DNA of 205 nucleotides from Escherichia coli (GTDB lineage: Bacteria > Pseudomonadota > Gammaproteobacteria > Enterobacterales > Enterobacteriaceae). A model generated the notes under the pieces. It saw only the letters and a program-made list of their open reading frames with translations, did no database searches and was not told the DNA's origin. Location: the NCBI RefSeq assembly GCF_003334335.1, contig NZ_QOWQ01000245.1; one strand, written 5' to 3'. The translations under genes and the position numbers were made by a program. Shown piece after piece: positions 1 to 205 of this stretch; position 1 is the first letter of the stretch; each line of letters opens with the position of its first letter.

Positions 1-205
1 GACCCGGGCGGACCGCCGGGGCCGAAAGGTGACACCGGCCCACGTGGAGAGGCCGGACCACCCGGACCACAGGGTCCCGCAGGCCCTCGGGGAGAAACCG
101 GCCCCGCAGGTCCTGCGGGTCCCGCAGGCAGTGTTCCGGATGCCAGCACATCACAGAAAGGTGTTGTACAGCTGAGCAGCGATACCAACAGCGATGATGA
201 AACAA
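1..205 (+). CDS. Internal fragment of a phage/prophage tail-fibre protein with a collagen-like stalk (Stf-like); partial at both ends
   Basis: Frame +1 (codons starting at nt 1) has no stop codon across the window and translates to [68 protein letters not shown]. The other two forward frames contain stops (TGA at 30-32 and 195-197 in frame 3; TGA at 173-175 in frame 2). The product is biologically coherent: a strict Gly-X-Y repeat followed by a KGxVQLSS-type motif that I recognise from phage side-tail-fibre proteins. No start or stop codon is present, so the gene boundaries lie outside the window. Recognition of the motif is from memory, not a database search. Confidence 0.8.
72..129. repeat. 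Exact 13-nt direct repeat gggtcccgcaggc (72-84 and 117-129), 45 nt apart and in frame; the core cccgcagg also occurs a third time at 103-110
   Basis: Direct string comparison: nt 72-84 and nt 117-129 are both gggtcccgcaggc. The 8-mer cccgcagg is found at 76-83, 103-110 and 121-128, encoding Pro-Ala-Gly each time. The 45-nt offset is a multiple of 9. Confidence 0.9.
103..119. repeat. Inverted repeat / near-perfect palindrome cccgcagg-t-cctgcggg (8-nt arms, 1-nt spacer)
   Basis: The reverse complement of nt 103-110 (cccgcagg) is cctgcggg, which is exactly nt 112-119. It arises from encoding Pro-Ala-Gly-Pro-Ala-Gly with alternating synonymous codons (ccc gca ggt cct gcg ggt). Its existence is certain; a functional role is not demonstrated. 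Confidence 0.85.
136..204 (+). other. Coding segment for a conserved phage tail-fibre motif immediately after the collagen-like stalk ([23 protein letters not shown])
   Basis: The translated segment fits the pattern ASTxxKGxVQLSSxTNSxxET, which I recall as the conserved motif of lambdoid side-tail-fibre (Stf-like) proteins, commonly ...ASTTxKGIVQLSSATNSTSET.... This window carries a variant with V for I and the acidic stretch DTNSDDE in place of ATNSTSE. G+C falls to about 49% over nt 131-205 by hand count. Confidence 0.65.

Larger units (their letters stand above)
10..135 (+). repeat. Collagen-like Gly-X-Y coding repeat, 14 consecutive triplets ([42 protein letters not shown])
   Basis: Seen directly in the frame-1 translation: Gly at every third residue from residue 4 to residue 43, with Pro in the X position of 11 of 14 triplets. 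Codons are dominated by GGN/CCN/GCN, giving about 77% G+C over nt 1-130 by hand count. Residues 1-3 (DPG) place a Gly out of register, so the uninterrupted register begins at nt 10. Confidence 0.85.

Noticed and set aside
72-129. CRISPR array or other non-coding tandem repeat
   Set aside because: The repeated units are only 8-13 nt, lie in frame inside a continuous ORF and encode the same Pro-Ala-Gly peptide. There is no repeat-spacer architecture of CRISPR dimensions.
155-166. Shine-Dalgarno-like aaaggtg followed by in-frame-shifted GTG/TTG codons, suggesting an internal translation start (a similar aaaggtg occurs at 25-31)
   Set aside because: Spacing between the SD-like element and the candidate start codons is 0-3 nt, too short for initiation, and the sequence simply encodes Lys-Gly-Val in frame 1. 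Most likely coincidental.
2-172. Alternative forward open frame (frame 2) running from nt 2 to the TGA at 173-175, translating to an Arg/Pro/His-rich peptide
   Set aside because: GC-rich Gly-X-Y coding DNA routinely leaves other frames open by chance. The frame-2 product has no recognisable motif, whereas frame 1 gives a coherent collagen repeat plus tail-fibre motif and stays open for the whole window.
1-205. Eukaryotic collagen gene fragment, or a bacterial cell-surface collagen-like protein (BclA/Scl type)
   Set aside because: There are 126 nt of uninterrupted Gly-X-Y coding with no intron-like interruption, and the repeat is followed directly by the KGxVQLSS tail-fibre-type motif. The GC-rich codon choice also argues against low-GC Firmicutes collagen-like proteins. 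I cannot fully exclude it without a similarity search.
1-205. Evidence for a novel defence or other undescribed system
   Set aside because: Nothing in 205 nt supports it. The entire window is accounted for by one tail-fibre coding fragment; any claim of novelty would need flanking genes that are not visible here.

Overview
The whole 205-nt window is an internal piece of one + strand coding sequence (frame 1, no start or stop codon in view). It translates to [68 protein letters not shown]: 14 uninterrupted collagen-like Gly-X-Y triplets (nt 10-135) followed by a segment (nt 136-204) matching the conserved phage tail-fibre motif that I recall as ...ASTTxKGIVQLSSATNSTSET... in lambdoid side-tail-fibre (Stf-like) proteins. 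The most likely identity is a fragment of a phage or prophage tail-fibre gene, plausibly from an enterobacterial host, though host cannot be established from 205 nt. Within it I see short exact direct repeats and one inverted repeat that follow from the repetitive Gly-Pro-Ala coding, and a sharp G+C drop at the stalk/motif boundary. I see no evidence of a novel or undescribed system in this window; anything further depends on flanking sequence that is not available.
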